Shown here one piece after another: positions 47,410 to 61,258 of a DNA stretch of 64,000 bases. A model generated the notes under the pieces. That model saw only the letters and a list, made by a program, of their open reading frames with translations. It was not told where the DNA came from and ran no database searches. Source of the DNA: Mobula hypostoma (Eukaryota); NCBI RefSeq assembly GCF_963921235.1, contig NC_086097.1:89158001-89222000 (forward strand), written 5' to 3'. How positions within the stretch are numbered: the first letter of the stretch is position 1; each line of letters begins with the position of its first letter. Both the position numbers and the translations under genes were made by a program.

Positions 47410-50400
47410 TATGACCATAAGACCTTAAGATCTTATGGTGCAGAATTAGGCCATTTGGCCCATCGAGTCTGCTCCACCATTTCATCGTGGCTGATGCATT
47501 TCCCTCTCAGCCCAGTCTCCTGCATTCCCCCCATATCCCTTCATGCCCTGACTAATCAAGAATCTCTCAGCCTCTGCCTTAAATATACCCAATCACTTGG
47601 CCTCTATAGCCACCTGTGACAATGACTTCCACAGATTCACTACTCTCTAGCTAGAGAAATTCTTCCTCATCTCCATTCTAAATGGACACCCATCTATTCT
47701 GAGCCTGTGTCCTCTGGTCTTAGACTCCCCCATCATTGGAAATATCCTCTGCATATGCACTCTATCGAGGCCTTTCAACATTTGATAGGTTTCAATGAGA
47801 TCCTCCCCCTCATTCTTCTGAATTCCAGTAGTTACAGGCTCAGAGCCATCATACACTCCCCATATGATAAGCTTCTCAATCCCAGAATTATTTTCATGAA
47901 CCTTCTTTGAACCCTCTCCAGTGTCAGCACATAGTTTCTTAGATAAGGGCCCCAAATCTGCTCACAGTACTCCAAGTGAGGCCTCACCAATGCCTCATAA
48001 AGCCAACATTACATCCTTGCTTTTATATTCTAGTTCTCTTGAAATGAGCGCTAACATTACATTTGCCTGCCTCAACACTGACTCAACCTGCAAAATAACC
48101 TTTAGGGAATCCTGCACAAGGACTCCCACCCTTCTGCACCTCAGATTTATGAATTTTCTCTCCACTTAGAAAATAGTCTACACTTCTATTTCTTCTGCCA
48201 AGGTCTGTGACAATTAACTTTCTGACATTGTATTCCATCTGCCACTTCTTTGCTCATTCTCCTAATCTGTCTAAGTCCTCCTGTAGCCTCTCTGCTTCCT
48301 CAATACTATCTGCCCCACCATGTATCTTCATATCATTTGCAAAATTGGCCACAACACCATCAATTTCATCATCCAAATCATTGACATAAAACGTGAAAAA
48401 GCGTTCCTAACTCAGACCCATGTTGAATACCACTAACCACCGGTAGCCAACCAGAAAAGGCTGCCTTTATTCTCATTCTTTGCCTCCTGCCAATCAGCCA
48501 ATGCTCTATCCATGTTAGTATCTTTCCTATAATACAATGGGGTCTTACCTTGTTAATCAGCTTCATATGCAGCACTTTGTCAAAGACTGTTTGAAAATCC
48601 AAGTTAACAACATCCACTGATTCTCCTTTGTCTATCCTACCTGTTATTTCATCAAATAATTCCGATGGGTTTGTCAGGCAAGATTAACCATGCTGACTGT
48701 GGCCTATTTTATCACATGCCTCCAAGTACCTCAAAACCCCATCCTTAACAATCAACTCCAACATCTTCCCAACCACTAAGGTCAGGCTAACTGGCCTATA
48801 AGTTCCTTTCTTCTGCCTCTCTCCCTTCTTGAAGAGTGGTGTGACATTTGCAATTTTACAGTTCTCTGGAACCATGCCAGAGTATATTGATTCTTGAAAG
48901 ATCATTACTAATGCCCCCACAATCTCTTCAGGCAGCTCTTTCAGAACCCTGGAGTGTCGAGCATCTGTATTCGAAATTACTTCTAGAAACTCCAGCCATT
49001 GCTGCTCTACCATCATCCCTGCTAGTGTTCCCTTCCAATCAATTTTGGCCAGCTCTTTCATGCCTCTGTAATTCCCTTTACACCACTCTAATACTGATAC
49101 CTCTGATTTATCTTCTCCTTCCCAGATTGCAGGGAGAATTCTGTCATACTATGATCAATTTCTCCTAAGGGTTCCTTTACCATAAGCTCTCTAATCAATT
49201 GTGGTTAATTGTACCCAATCCAGAAAGGTTAATCCCCTAGCGGGCTCAACCACGAATTGCTCTAAAAAGCTGTCTAATAGGCATTCAACAAATTCCCCTG
49301 CTTGGGATCCAGCAGCAACCTGATTTTCCCAGTCTACCTACATATTGAAATTTCCCATGACCATCATAACATTGCCCTTTTGGCATGCATTTTCAACCTT
49401 CCATTGTAATTTGTAGACCATATCTTTGCTACTGTTCAGAGGTCTATATATAGCTCCCAACAAGGTCTTTTTACCCTTGCAGCTTCTTAGTTCTACCCAC
49501 ACCGATTCTATACCTGTCAATCAGATGTCACCTCTTTCTAATAATTTGATTTCATTTTTACCAACAGAGTCACGCCATCCCCTCTGACTACCTGCCTGTC
49601 CTTTCAATATAATGTGTATTCTTGGATGCTAATCTTCTTTCAGCCACAATTCAGTGATGCCCACAACTTCATACAGGCCAATCTGTAACTGTGCTACAAA
49701 TTCTACCTTATTCCGTATACTGCATGCATTCAAATATAACACCTTCAGTCCTGTATTGACCCTTTTTTGATTTTGTCCTCCATTTTCATTGCAGCTCATC
49801 CCACTGACTGCAATTTTGCCTTATCATCAGCCTGTCCTTTCTAGCTGTCTCACTACACACTGCTTCTGTTTGTAAACCAACTACTCCATCTTAGCCCTAT
49901 CACCCTGGTTCCCATCCCCCTGTCAAATTAGTTTAAACGCTCCCAAACAACCCAAGCAAACCTGTCCATAAGGATATTGGTCCCCTTTGGGCTCAGGTGT
50001 AGCCTGGCCCTTTTGTACAGGTCATACCTTCCCCAGAACAGATCCCAATGATGCAGAAATCTGAACCTTTTACCCCCAACACCAGTTGCTCAGCCACGCG
50101 GTCACCTGCCAAATCATCCCATTCTTACCCGCACTGGTACGTGGCACAGGCAGCAACCCAGAGATTACTGCCCTGGAGGTCCTGCTTTTCAGCTTTCTGT
50201 TTAGGTCCCTGAAATCTTTCTTCAGGACCTCCTCCCTTTTCCTGTCTCTGTCACTGGTGCCAATGTGTACAAAGAGTTCTAGCTGCTCACCTACCCCCTT
50301 TAGAATGCTGTGGACCTGATCCGAGACATCCCTGACCCTGGCACCTGGGAGGCAACACACCATCCAGGTATGTCTATTGCATCCACAGAATCTCATTTCT

Positions 50401-50800
50401 ATTCCTCTAACACTGGAGTCTCCTATCACTACTGCAGTCCTCTTCATCTCTCTTCTCTTCTGAGCCACAGTGCCAGACTCAGTGGTAGCTGAGCTCCCCC
50501 CTTGTAGGTCATCCTACTCAACAGTATCCAAAGGGGTATACTTCTAATTGGGGGTAATGGCCAAAAGCATAATCTCTACTCGTTGCACCTTTCCCTTCTT
50601 TCCCAGACAGTCACCCAGTTACCTGGCCCCTGCAATCTAGGGGTGACTTCCTCCCTATCTGTCATTTCCTCAGTCTCCTGTGTAAGCTGAAGGTTATCGA
50701 GCTGCAGCTCCAGTTCCTTACCACATTCTCTGAGAGACTGCAGGTCAGTGCACTTGGTCCAGATGTGGTTATCCAGGGGGCTGGAGGTCTATTATTCTGA
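47410..50800 (-). mobile_element. CR1 LINE spanning ORF1 (esterase) to tail, internally deleted
   Basis: VIGDSSVRG..CCLPGA..HIGTSD (ORF1). IYRPLNS, MGNFN (EN). YRPVSLT, LDFQTVFDK (RT). (CTTATGGT) tail. Confidence 0.93.
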
Positions 50801-51528
50801 TTTCACACATGGAACAAAACACAGCTCCTGGAGTCATTCAGACTGAATTAATAGTGTCCTAACAGATGAGAAATGAAGAATAAAGAAGATGATAAATTTT
50901 AACTTGTCCAAGCCTGATGAGCTAAAGCCACTTCAACACTGACCCGCTCACACAATTGCCACTCCAACAAAGGCTGCTCCGCTTGCTCCTGCAGTATTTT
51001 TATTCGCCCTTTCTCATGAATTCTTTTCACTGATAGGGCACAGCCCAACTCTGAAAGCTGCTGTGAAGTGCTGCCTTTTTAAATTTTCACCACTGGAATT
51101 GCCACTTCTTGTGTTCCTGTTCACTGATTGGGTGCAGTCCAACATGGGAGAGGTTATTGTGACTAGTAGAGAAGTTTCCAACTCTTTGGACGGCCATGGG
51201 TATTTTAGTGCCTCGATATTGCAGCAGGTGCTGACTCGCAGCTCCAGGGAGCCAAGTTCTTGTAAAATTTGCAGAAATTTTACATTCTCCCCATGCTCCA
51301 GTTACTCTCACATCCCAAAAAAGTGCAGGTTGGTAGGTTAGATGGTTGCTGTAAATTCATGTGTAGGTGAGTGGTAAAATCTGGCGAGAATTGATAGAGA
51401 ATAGGTTACAGTGAATATTGTGGCTGGGGCAGCAGAAAAGATGGGATTACTCTGAGAGTTGGCAGAGACCTGGCGGTATCCTTTGTCTAAATGAAATGTG
51501 GAACTAACCTCCATTCTCTGTCTTTCAG

Positions 51529-51564
51529 ATGATGCCAAGTCCTCACGCAGATCAGATCTTCCAC
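51529..51564 (+). CDS. SPINT1: SPINT1 36-nt linker mini-exon between Kunitz 1 and LDLa
   Basis: Branch-point-like ACTAAC at 51503-51508, pyrimidine tract CCATTCTCTGTCTTTCAG|, donor CAC|GTGAGT. Phase 1-1, DDAKSSRRSDLP(R). Mammalian SPINT1 has a short exon at this position (recalled). Confidence 0.8.
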
Positions 51565-52289
51565 GTGAGTATCACTGTTTTTTTGAATTTTCAAGTGCTT
51601 CTCAGACTGTAAGAGAACTCACACGTATATATACCGTCATCCTCAAGTGTACTTTAAAGAAAAGTACTTTCAAAATGAATGCACGATCAAAGGAACACAA
51701 TCTGTCAGATTTCCACTCCTGGTTTCTGAGATTTATGATTATGAAGACACGTAGTCCTCTTTTATTGTCATCTAGATTTGGGTGCGACTCAACAACTATA
51801 GGCAGCTCCAGAAAATAGTCCATGTGTTTTCTGATCTTTTTGGTCCTTTTATGGCAAACGAACTGGGAAATTTGGGCTCTGTGATTTAGAAAGAACATGC
51901 CCAAGGTGTGACATTGCATGTGACTCAGTAAACAGGATAGGAAGAGGTGATACTTAAAACTAAATTGGATCAGAATGGCTAGTGGAATACAAACTCATAC
52001 TGGCAAGAGGTAAATTTAGGATTATGTTATGAACTGTATCAATGCATGGAATACCCTTGCAAATGGTCCAGTGGATGCTTCATTTAAGAAATGGTTGGAC
52101 GCTGGTGGGTTTTGGAGTGTTTCCTCAGATCAGTAAGCTTAGACTTGAATTATCTTATGACGCCTCTCCAAGGTGAATCAGCCTACAACCAGTCTAAGCA
52201 CATGAAGACTAACCTTTTGGATGAGGACCTGGAAGGTGCTTGTCAAACCATACAGTATTTAAAGATTGTGAAATGAGAAGTAATACCGT

Positions 52290-54941
52290 CAGTCATTGGA
52301 GCAGAATTAGGCCATTTGTCCCATTGAGTCTGCTCTACCATTCCATCATGACTGATTTTTTTTTCATCCCTCTCAACTTCTTTCTCCTGCCTGCTCCTTA
52401 TAACCTTTGACACCCTTACTAATTAAGAACCTATATAAACTTTCACTTTAACTACATTGAATGATTTAGCCTCTACATTGTGGCAATGAATTTCACAGAT
52501 TCATCAGGTTAAAGAAATTCCTCCTCATCACTGTTTTAAGTCGACGTCCTTCTATTCTGAGGCTGTGCCCACTGGTCCTCGACTCCCCATTATAGGAAAC
52601 AACCACTCCACATCCATTCTATCTGGGCCCTTCAATATTCAATACCATTCAATGAGATCCCACTTCATCCTTCTCAGCTCCAGTGACGACAGAACAAGAG
52701 ACATCAAACACTCATTAGGTGTTAACCCTTTCATTCCTGGGATAATTCTTGTGAATCTCCTCTGAACCCTCTCCAATGCCAGCACATTAATTCTTAGAGC
52801 ATCCCAAACTGCTCACAACACTCCAGGTGCGGTCTGACTGTCTTATAAAGCCTCAGCATTACATCATTGCTTTTGTATTCTAGTCCTCTCAAAATGAATG
52901 CTAACATTGCATTTGCCTTTCTTAACTGCGATTCAAAGTCCAAAGTAAATCTATTATCATAGTGTATATATGTCACTATATGCTACCCTGACATTCATTT
53001 TCTTGTGGGCATTCACAGTAGATACAAAGAAATGTAATATAATCAATGAAAAACCACACAAGACAAAGACAGACAAGCAACCAATGTGCAAAATTTAACA
53101 AACTATGAAGTGCAAAAAAAGAAAATAATAATTAGTAAGCAATAAATATCAAGAACATGGGTTGTAGAGTCCTTAAAAGTGAGTCCACAGATTGTGAAAT
53201 CAGTTCAGGGTTGGGATGAGTGAAGTTATTTCCTCTGGTTCAAGACCCTGATGTTTGAGGGCTAATAACTGTTCCTGAACCTGGTGGTGTGGGACCTGAG
53301 GCTCCTGTACCTCCTTCCTGATGGCGGCAGTGAGAAGAGAGCATGTCCAGATGATGGGGGTCCTTGATGATGGAGGCTGCTTTCCTGCGACAGCTCTTCT
53401 TGTGAATGTACTCAATGGTGGGGGGAAGGCTTCACCGGAGATGGACTGGGCTGTATCCACTACTTTTTGTATGTTTTTCTGTTCAGGGGGAATTGGTGTT
53501 TTCGTACCACACCGTGATTTAGCCATTCTGTATATTCTCCGTTGTGGATCTATAAAAGTTTTAGATGACATGCCAAATTTGTGCAAACTTCCAAGAAAGT
53601 AGAGGTGATACTGTGCCTTCTTTGTAATGATAGTTATGTGCTGAGTTCAAGCAGATCCTCTGAAAAAACTAACACGGAGAACATTAAAGTTGCTGGCCCT
53701 CTCCACTCCTTATCCCCTGATGAGGACTGGCTCATAGACCTCCAGTTTCTTCCTCCTCCAACTCAATAATCAACTCTTTGGTCTTGCTGACATTGAGTAA
53801 GAGGTTGTTATTGTGAACTGTTCAGCCAGACTTTCAATATGCTGAATCTTCACCACCTTTGATTCAGTCCACAACTGTGGTGTCATCAGCAAACTTAAAT
53901 ATAACATTGCAACTGAACTTAACAGTACTAGACTCAACCTGCAAGTTAACCTATAGGGAATCCTGCATGAGGACGCCAAGTCCCTTTGCACCTCTTATTT
54001 TTGTATTTTCTCTCTGTTTAGAAAATATTTTATGCTTTTATTCCTTCTACCAAATTGCATGACTACACACTTTCCTACACTATATTCCATCTGCTACTTC
54101 TTTGCCAATTCCCCTCATCTTTCCACATCCTTTTGCAGACTCTCTGCTTTCTCAACACAGCCTGCCCCTCCACCTATCTTTGTATCTTCCGGAAACTTGG
54201 TCACAAAGTCATCAATTCTGTCATCCAAATCATTAACATATAACAAAAGAAGCAGTCCCATCACTGACCCCTGTGGAACATCAATAGACAATGGCAGCCA
54301 ACGAAAAAACTGCCCTTTATTCTCATTCTTTGCTTCCCGCCAGTGGGACAATCTTGTATGCATGCTTGTATCTTTCCTGTAATACCATGGGCTCTTATCT
54401 TGTTTAGCTGCCTCATATGTGGTACTTTGTCAAAGGCCTTCTGAAAATTCAAGTAAACAACATCCACTGACACTCCTTTATCCAGATTGGTCAGGCAAGA
54501 TTTCCCCTTAAGGAAACCATGCTGACTTTGGCCTATTTTATCATGTGCCTCCAAGTATCCCGAAACCTCCTCCTTATTAATGGACTCCAACTCTTCCCAA
54601 CCACTGAAGTCAGACTAATTGGCCTATCATTTCTTTTATTTTGCCTCTCTCCCTCCCTCCTTAAAGAGTGGAGTGACCTTTGCAATTTTCCAGTCCTCTG
54701 GAAACGTTCCAGAATCTAGTGATTCTTTAAGGACCACTACTAATGCCTCCATATTCTCTTTGGCTACCTCTCTCAGAATCCTGGGTTGGCATCAATCTGA
54801 TCCAGGTGACTTATCTACCTTCACACCTTCCAGCTTCCCAAGCACCTTCTCCTTAGTAATAACTCACTTCTCCTCCTGACAGTGTTGAATTGCTGACATA
54901 TTGCTGGTGTCTTCCACAGTGAAGGCTGATGCAAAATACCT
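52290..54941 (-). mobile_element. CR1 LINE 3' part with nested Rex/Babar fragment (about 52930-53930)
   Basis: RT motifs in ORFs 54115-54590. Host sequence GCATTTGCCTTTCTTAAC...GACTCAACCTGCAAG is split by the insert. The host probably continues at 58620-58975. Confidence 0.85.
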
Positions 54942-57900
54942 CACAAGATCACAAGACAAAGGAGCAGAAGTAGGCCATTCGGTCCATCGAGCCTGCTCCG
55001 CCACTCTACCATGAGCTAAACTATTCTCCCATCTAGTTCCAATTTCCGGCTTTTTCTCCATATCACTTGATACCCTGACTAATTAGATACCTATCAATCT
55101 CCTCCTTAAACGCCCTCAATGATCAGGCCTCCACAGCCATATGTGGCAACGAATTCCATAAATCCACGGCCCTATGGCTAAAAAAATTTCTCCTCATCTC
55201 TGTTTTAAATGGGTACCCTCTAATTCTGTGGCCTCTTGTCGTGGACTCACCCACCAAGGGAAACAGCCTTTCCACATCTACTCTGTCCAACCTTTTCAAC
55301 ATTCGAAATGTTTCTATGAGATCCCCTCTCATTCTTCTATACTCTAATGGATACAGTTCAAGAGCCGACAAACGCTCCTCATATGTTAGCCCCTGCATTC
55401 CAGGAATCATCCTCGTAAATCTTCTCTTAACTCTCTCCAACATCAGTACATCCCTTCTAAGATGGGGAGCCCAAAACTGCACACAGTATTCCAAATGCGG
55501 TCTCACCAGTGCCCCATAAAGCCTCATCAACACCTCCTTACACTATTCCTCTTGAATTGAATGCCAACATAGCATTCGCTTTCCTTACTGCCAATCCAAC
55601 CTAGCGGTTAACCTTTAGGGTAGCCTGCACGAGGACCCCCAAGTCCCTTTGCACTTCCGATTTTTGAATTGTCTCCCCATCTAAGTAATAATCTGCCTGA
55701 TTATTTCTTCCAAAAGGTACAACCGTACTTTTCTCAACATTGTATCTCATCTGCCATTTCTTTGCCCACTCTCCTAAACTGACCAAGTCTCTCTGCAACC
55801 TTTGCGTTTCTTCAACACTTCCTGCTCCTCCACATCTTGGTGTTATCCGCAGACTTAACCACAAAACCATTTAATCCATAATCTAAATCATCGATATACA
55901 TTGTAAAAAGAAGCCGCCCCAACACCGACCCCTGCGGAGCACCACTAGCAACCGGCAACCAATCAGAATAGGATCCCTTTATTCCTACCCTTTGCTTTCG
56001 GCCTATCAGCCAATGCTCCACCCATTCCAATATCTTTCCTGTAATTCCATGGCCTCTCATCTTATTAAGCAGCCTCTTATGCGGCACCTTATCGAAGGCC
56101 TTTTGAATATCCAAATACACAACATCCACAGCCTCTCCCTTGTCAATCTTATTTGAGATTACCTCAAAAAATTCCAATAGGTTGGTGAGGCAGGATCTTC
56201 CCATCATGAAACCATGCTGGCTTGGGCCTATCTTGTCATGCACCTCAAAGTATTTCATAACCTCGTACTTGAGGATCGATTCCAATAACTTTCCAACTAC
56301 TGATGTCAGACTAATAGGTCTGTAATTTTCTTTTTGCTGCCTCCCTCCTTTCTTAAACAGTGAAACTACATTTGCGACCTTTCAGTCCTCCGGAACCATG
56401 CCAGAGTCTATTGATTCCTGGAAGATCATTTCCAATGCCTCCACAAACTCCAAAGCCTTCAGAATCCGTGGGTGCACCTCATCTGGTCTGGGAGACTTAT
56501 ATATTCTCAGTCCATTTAGCTTCCCAAACACTAGTAAATCTTGACTGTACCTAATTCTATTCCCTGAGACCTCTGGCTATCAGGTGTGTTGCTAATGTCT
56601 TCCACTGTGAAGAGTGACGCAAAATACTCATTTAGTTCCACTGCCATCTCTTTGTCACCTATTATAATTTTCCAGCATCATTTTCAATCGGTCCTATATC
56701 TACCCGTGTCACGCTTTTATTCTTCATATATTTAAAAAAAACTCTTAGTATCCTTTTTTATGTTAATTGCCAACTTCCTTTCATAATTCATCTTTTCTTT
56801 CCTAATGACTTTCTTAGTTTCCTTCTGTAAGTTTTTAAAAGTCGTCCAGTCCTCAGTTTTCCCACTAATTTTTGCTTCCTTGTATGCCATCTCTTTTGCT
56901 TTTATTTTAGCCTTAACTTCTCTCGTTAGCCACATTTGTGCCATTTTTCCACTCACGATTTTCTTTTTTCTTGGAATATATTTTTCCTGCACTTTCCTTA
57001 TTTCTTGTAGGAATTTCATCCAATTCTGCTGTACCGTCCCTCCATCTAGCTTAGTTCTCCAATCGACTTGGGCCAGTTCCTCTCTCATACCACTGTAATT
57101 TCCTTTGTTCCACTGAAATATCGATACACCTGATACCAGCTTCTCCTTTTCAAATCTGAAACTGAACTCAATCATATTATGATCACTTCTTCCAAGGGGT
57201 TCCATTACCTCCAGCTCCCTAATCGCCTCAGGTTCATTACACAGCACCCAATCCAAAACAGCCGATCCCCTGGTGGGCTTATGGACAAGCTGCTCCAAAA
57301 AGCCATCCCATTGGCATTCTACAAACTCCCTCTCCTGAGATTCAGTACCTTCCTGACTTTCCCAATCCACTTTCAAATTAAAATCCCCCATAATTATCTT
57401 GACATTTTCCTTCTGACATGCTTTTTCTATTTCCAGCTGTAACTTGTAGTCCACATCCCGGCTGCTGTTTGGAGGCCTGTATATAACTGCTATTAGTGTC
57501 TTTTTACCTTGCCATTTCTTAACTAGACCCATAAGGATTCTACCCCTTCTGATCCTTTGATGATCCTATGATCCTTCTGAATTCCTTCTTTCTAGTGATT
57601 TGATATTGTTGCTTACCATCAGGGCCACACCACCCCCTTTACCTATCTTCCTATCTTTCCTATACACTATGTATCCTTGGGCATTCAGCTCCCAATCACA
57701 TCCATCATTTAGCCACTTGGTGATGGCCACAATGTCATATCTTTTAACCTGTAGCTGTACAACAAGGTCATCCACTTTATTTCTAATGCTGCACGTACAG
57801 TACATTTAGATCAGTATCTGTTACCGATTTTGCTATATTTCTATCGCACACCAAATCATTCTGTCTATTCACCTGCCTGTCCTTCTTGCCATCTTTGCTG

Positions 57901-58595
57901 CACAGTATCTTTGACTTATTTCTAGTCTCCTCTTCCTCGACCCTAACACCCTGGTTTCCTTCCCCTTGCCAACTTAGATTAAACCCTCCCTAATAGCTAT
58001 TTTAAACAATCCCGCCAGGATATTAGTACCCTTTCAGTTCAGGTGTAACCCATTGTTTTTCTATAAGTCATACTTCCCCCAAAATAGATCCCAATGATCC
58101 AAGAATTTGAAGCCCTGCCCCCTGTACCAGTTACTTAGCCACACATTCATCTGCTTAATTCTGCTATTCTTACCATCATTAGCGCGTGGCTCAGGCAGTA
58201 ATCCTGAGATTATTACTCTGGAGGTCCGGCTTTTCAATTTTCTTCCTAGCTCCCAGTAATCTTCCTTCAGGACCTCCTCTCTTTTTCTGTCTATGTCACT
58301 GGTACCAACATGTACCAAGACTTCTGACTGCTCTCCCTCTCTCCTCAGAATACTCTGGACCCGATCTGAGACATCCCGTACCCTGGCACCAGGGAGGCAA
58401 CACACCATCCGGGTATCCTTGTTTGGCTCACAGAATCTCTTGTCTGTTCCCCTCACTATGGAATCCCCTATAAGTACTGCATTTCTCCTTGCTCCCTTGA
58501 TCATGGCACTGGGCAGAATGCCAGAGTCCTGTTTGCTGTGGTCTTCCTCTGTCAGGTCAACCTCTCCAACAGTATCTGAAATGATATATCGATTT
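54942..58595 (-). mobile_element. Younger CR1 LINE (ORF1 esterase, EN, RT) nested in an older CR1
   Basis: Long ORF pieces 58061-58504 (LIGDSIVRG), 56732-57532 (IYRPPNS, GDFN, SDHN), 55812-56285 and 55123-55533. Tail CACAAGATCACAAGAC at 54942. Confidence 0.95.
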
Positions 58596-59124
58596 CTTCT
58601 ACTTTAGTTTGTTTGCTTTTTTTTTGTCCCCCATTCCTACCTCGCCAACATCATTTTCCAGTGGTCCAATATCTACTCTCACCTCTCTTTTTATTCTTTA
58701 TATACATAAAATAACTTTTTGTATCTACTTTTATATTATCGGCTAGCTTACCTTCATATTTCAGCTTGTTGCTTGTTTAGTTGCCTTTTGTTTTTTTTTA
58801 AAGTTTCCCAATTCTCTAACTTCCGCTAACTTTTGCTGTATTATATACCTTCTCTTTAGCTTTTATGCATTCCCTCGTCAGCCATGGTTGCGTCATCCTC
58901 CCTCTGGGATGTATTTATCCTGCACCTTCCAAATTGCTCCCAGAAACTTCAGCCATTGCTGTTCTGCTGTCAACCACAAGAGTAAAGATAAAAATAAGAG
59001 CAGAATAAAAACATCTTGCCTTTAAACGTACTTTGGCTTGGATTTTTCTGTTAATCCTAGCCACTCATGATTTAGCCTATTCTCCCTGTGGCCACCTGGG
59101 TTTCCTCTGGGTTCGTCGATCTTC

Positions 59125-60603
59125 ACAATGGAAGGCCCCAGTCATATGCCACAAATTCAAGAGGATCGAAGGGCAGAATTGAGTGTAGCTGCTGTTACTA
59201 AGGAGAAGTTGCTTGGAAAGCTGAAAGGTCTGAAGGTAAACAAGTCACCTGTTAGTCTGACTTTATTGGTTGCTGAGAGGTTGGAGTCTGTTATTAAGGA
59301 TGACGTTTTGGGGTTCTTGGAGGCACATATTAAAATAGGCCAAATTCAATACGGTTTCCTTATGGGGAATCTTGCCTGACAAATCTATTGGAAGTCTTTG
59401 GGGAAATAACAGGCAGGGTAGACGAAGGAGAATCGGGTGGATGTTGTTTACTTGAATTTTCAGAAGGCCTTGACAAGGTGCCACACGTGAGGCTGCTTGA
59501 CAAGATGAGAGTCCCTGGTGTACAGGAAATATACCAGTATCAGTAGAAGTTTGGCTGGCTGACAGGAGGCAAGGACTGGGAATAAAGGGCACTTTCTGGT
59601 TGGCTGCCAGTGTCTAGTGGAGTTCCACAGGTTTAAGTGTTGGGATCTCTTCTTTTCACTTAATATGCTAATTGATGGCTTTGTGGCCATGTCTGCAGAA
59701 TAAGCAGTGGTGCAGGTAGTGTTGAGGAACCAGGGAGGATGCAGAAGAACTGAGTAAGATTGGGAGAATGGGCAAAGAAGTGGCAGATGGAGTAACATCT
59801 AAGGAAGTGTATGGTGTTGCACTTTGGTAGAAGGATGTAAGGTGTGCGCAGTTTTCTAAGTGGGGAGAAAATTCAAAAATCAGAGGTGCAAAAGGACCTG
59901 AGTCCTTGTGTAGGATTTCTTGAAGGGCAACTTGCAGGTTGAGTTGGTGGTAAAGAGGGCAAATACAACATTAGTATTCATTTCGAGAGGACTAGAATAT
60001 AAGAGCAAGGATGTCACGCTGAGGCTTTATAGGGCATTAGTCAGACTGCACTTGGAGTATTGTGAGCAGTTTTAGGCTCCTTATCTAAGAAAAGATGTGC
60101 TGGCGTGGAGACGGTCCAGAAGAAGTTCATTAGAATGATTCTGGGAATGGAAGAGTTAACATCTGAGGACCATTTGATAGCCCTGGGCCTGTACTTACTA
60201 GAGTTTAGAAGATAGAGGGGGGGAGGGGTCTCATTGAAACCCATTGAATATTGAAATACCTAGATGGAGCGTATGTGAAGAATGAGTTTCCTCCAGTGGG
60301 GAGGCCTAGGATTCAGTATAACCTCTGAATAGAGGGAGGTCCATTTAGAACAGAGGTGAGGAGGAATTTCTTTAGCCAGAGGGCAGTGAATCTGAGGAAT
60401 TCATTGTCACAGATGTCTATGGAGGCCAAGTCATTGAGTACATTTAAAGCGGAGGTTGATGAGTTCCTGATTCGTCAGGGTGTCAAAGGTTATGGGCAGA
60501 GGGCAGGAGAATGGGGTTGAGGGAGAAAATAAATCAGCCATGATGGAATAGTGGAGGAGACTCAATGAGCCGAATGGCCTAATCCTGCTCCTATGATCTT
60601 ACA
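59125..60603 (+). mobile_element. CR1 LINE RT/3' part
   Basis: KLKGLKVNKSP, PVSLT and GGATGTTGTTTACTTG motifs, CR1 tail. Inverted relative to the 52-58 kb copies. Confidence 0.9.
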
Positions 60604-61132
60604 GTATTTCTCTTTGACTCCATAAACACTTGTCTATTAAATACCAGAGACTTGTGCAAATGTAGTCTCGCACAGTCGTGTCTGTCACTATATTCCTTCA
60701 TTGGAGACTTCATGCGTCTAATGGCAGAGTTCAATCTTGCAGAGATTGTCTGCCAATGAGTTCCAGAACCCCGTGCCCAGGATCTGAAGCCCCATTGGGA
60801 CTTCAGGGCTGTGAGGAAGAAGAGTGAGGATTATAAGTTCTGTCTTTTAAATTATTGAAGAATTTCTGTATTTTCAGCTGATTTTATTTGTTCACGTTAT
60901 TATTAATGCCTTTTATCACTGGTGTTGAGAGTGCTTTAGCTCCTTCACTGCGTAAGCTTGGGAATGAAGTGATGGTGCTGTAGGCCCTTCGCCAGCAAGA
61001 TCTACCGGGCACGGGTTTGATAAGTTTGTGACTGACAGTGATCAACGTGCTGGGGTTCCTCTGCACAATTCTGTCGTTCAAATACTTAACCATTTCCTCC
61101 TGACCTCTGTTCACTTGCCCCTCACCCCACAG

Positions 61133-61258
61133 GCTGCACCGGAGAATGCACTGAGCAGCAGTTTAAGTGCGCAGACAACTGTTGCATCGATCGTAACCTG
61201 GAGTGCGATGGAACTTCCCAATGCAGAGATAGCTCAGATGAATCTGGCTGTGAACACA
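61133..61258 (+). CDS. SPINT1: SPINT1 exon, LDL-receptor class A domain
   Basis: Translated by hand in a frame not listed in the track: CTGECTEQQFKCADNCCIDRNLECDGTSQCRDSSDESGCEH, with the D-x-S-D-E acidic motif. Acceptor CCCCACAG|, donor ACA|GTGAGT, phase 1-1. Confidence 0.95.

Noticed and set aside
2265..61258. Alternative identity LRP11 or SPINT2
   Set aside because: LRP11 has no Kunitz domain and SPINT2 has no MANEC or LDLa. The order MANEC-PKD-Kunitz-LDLa fits SPINT1.
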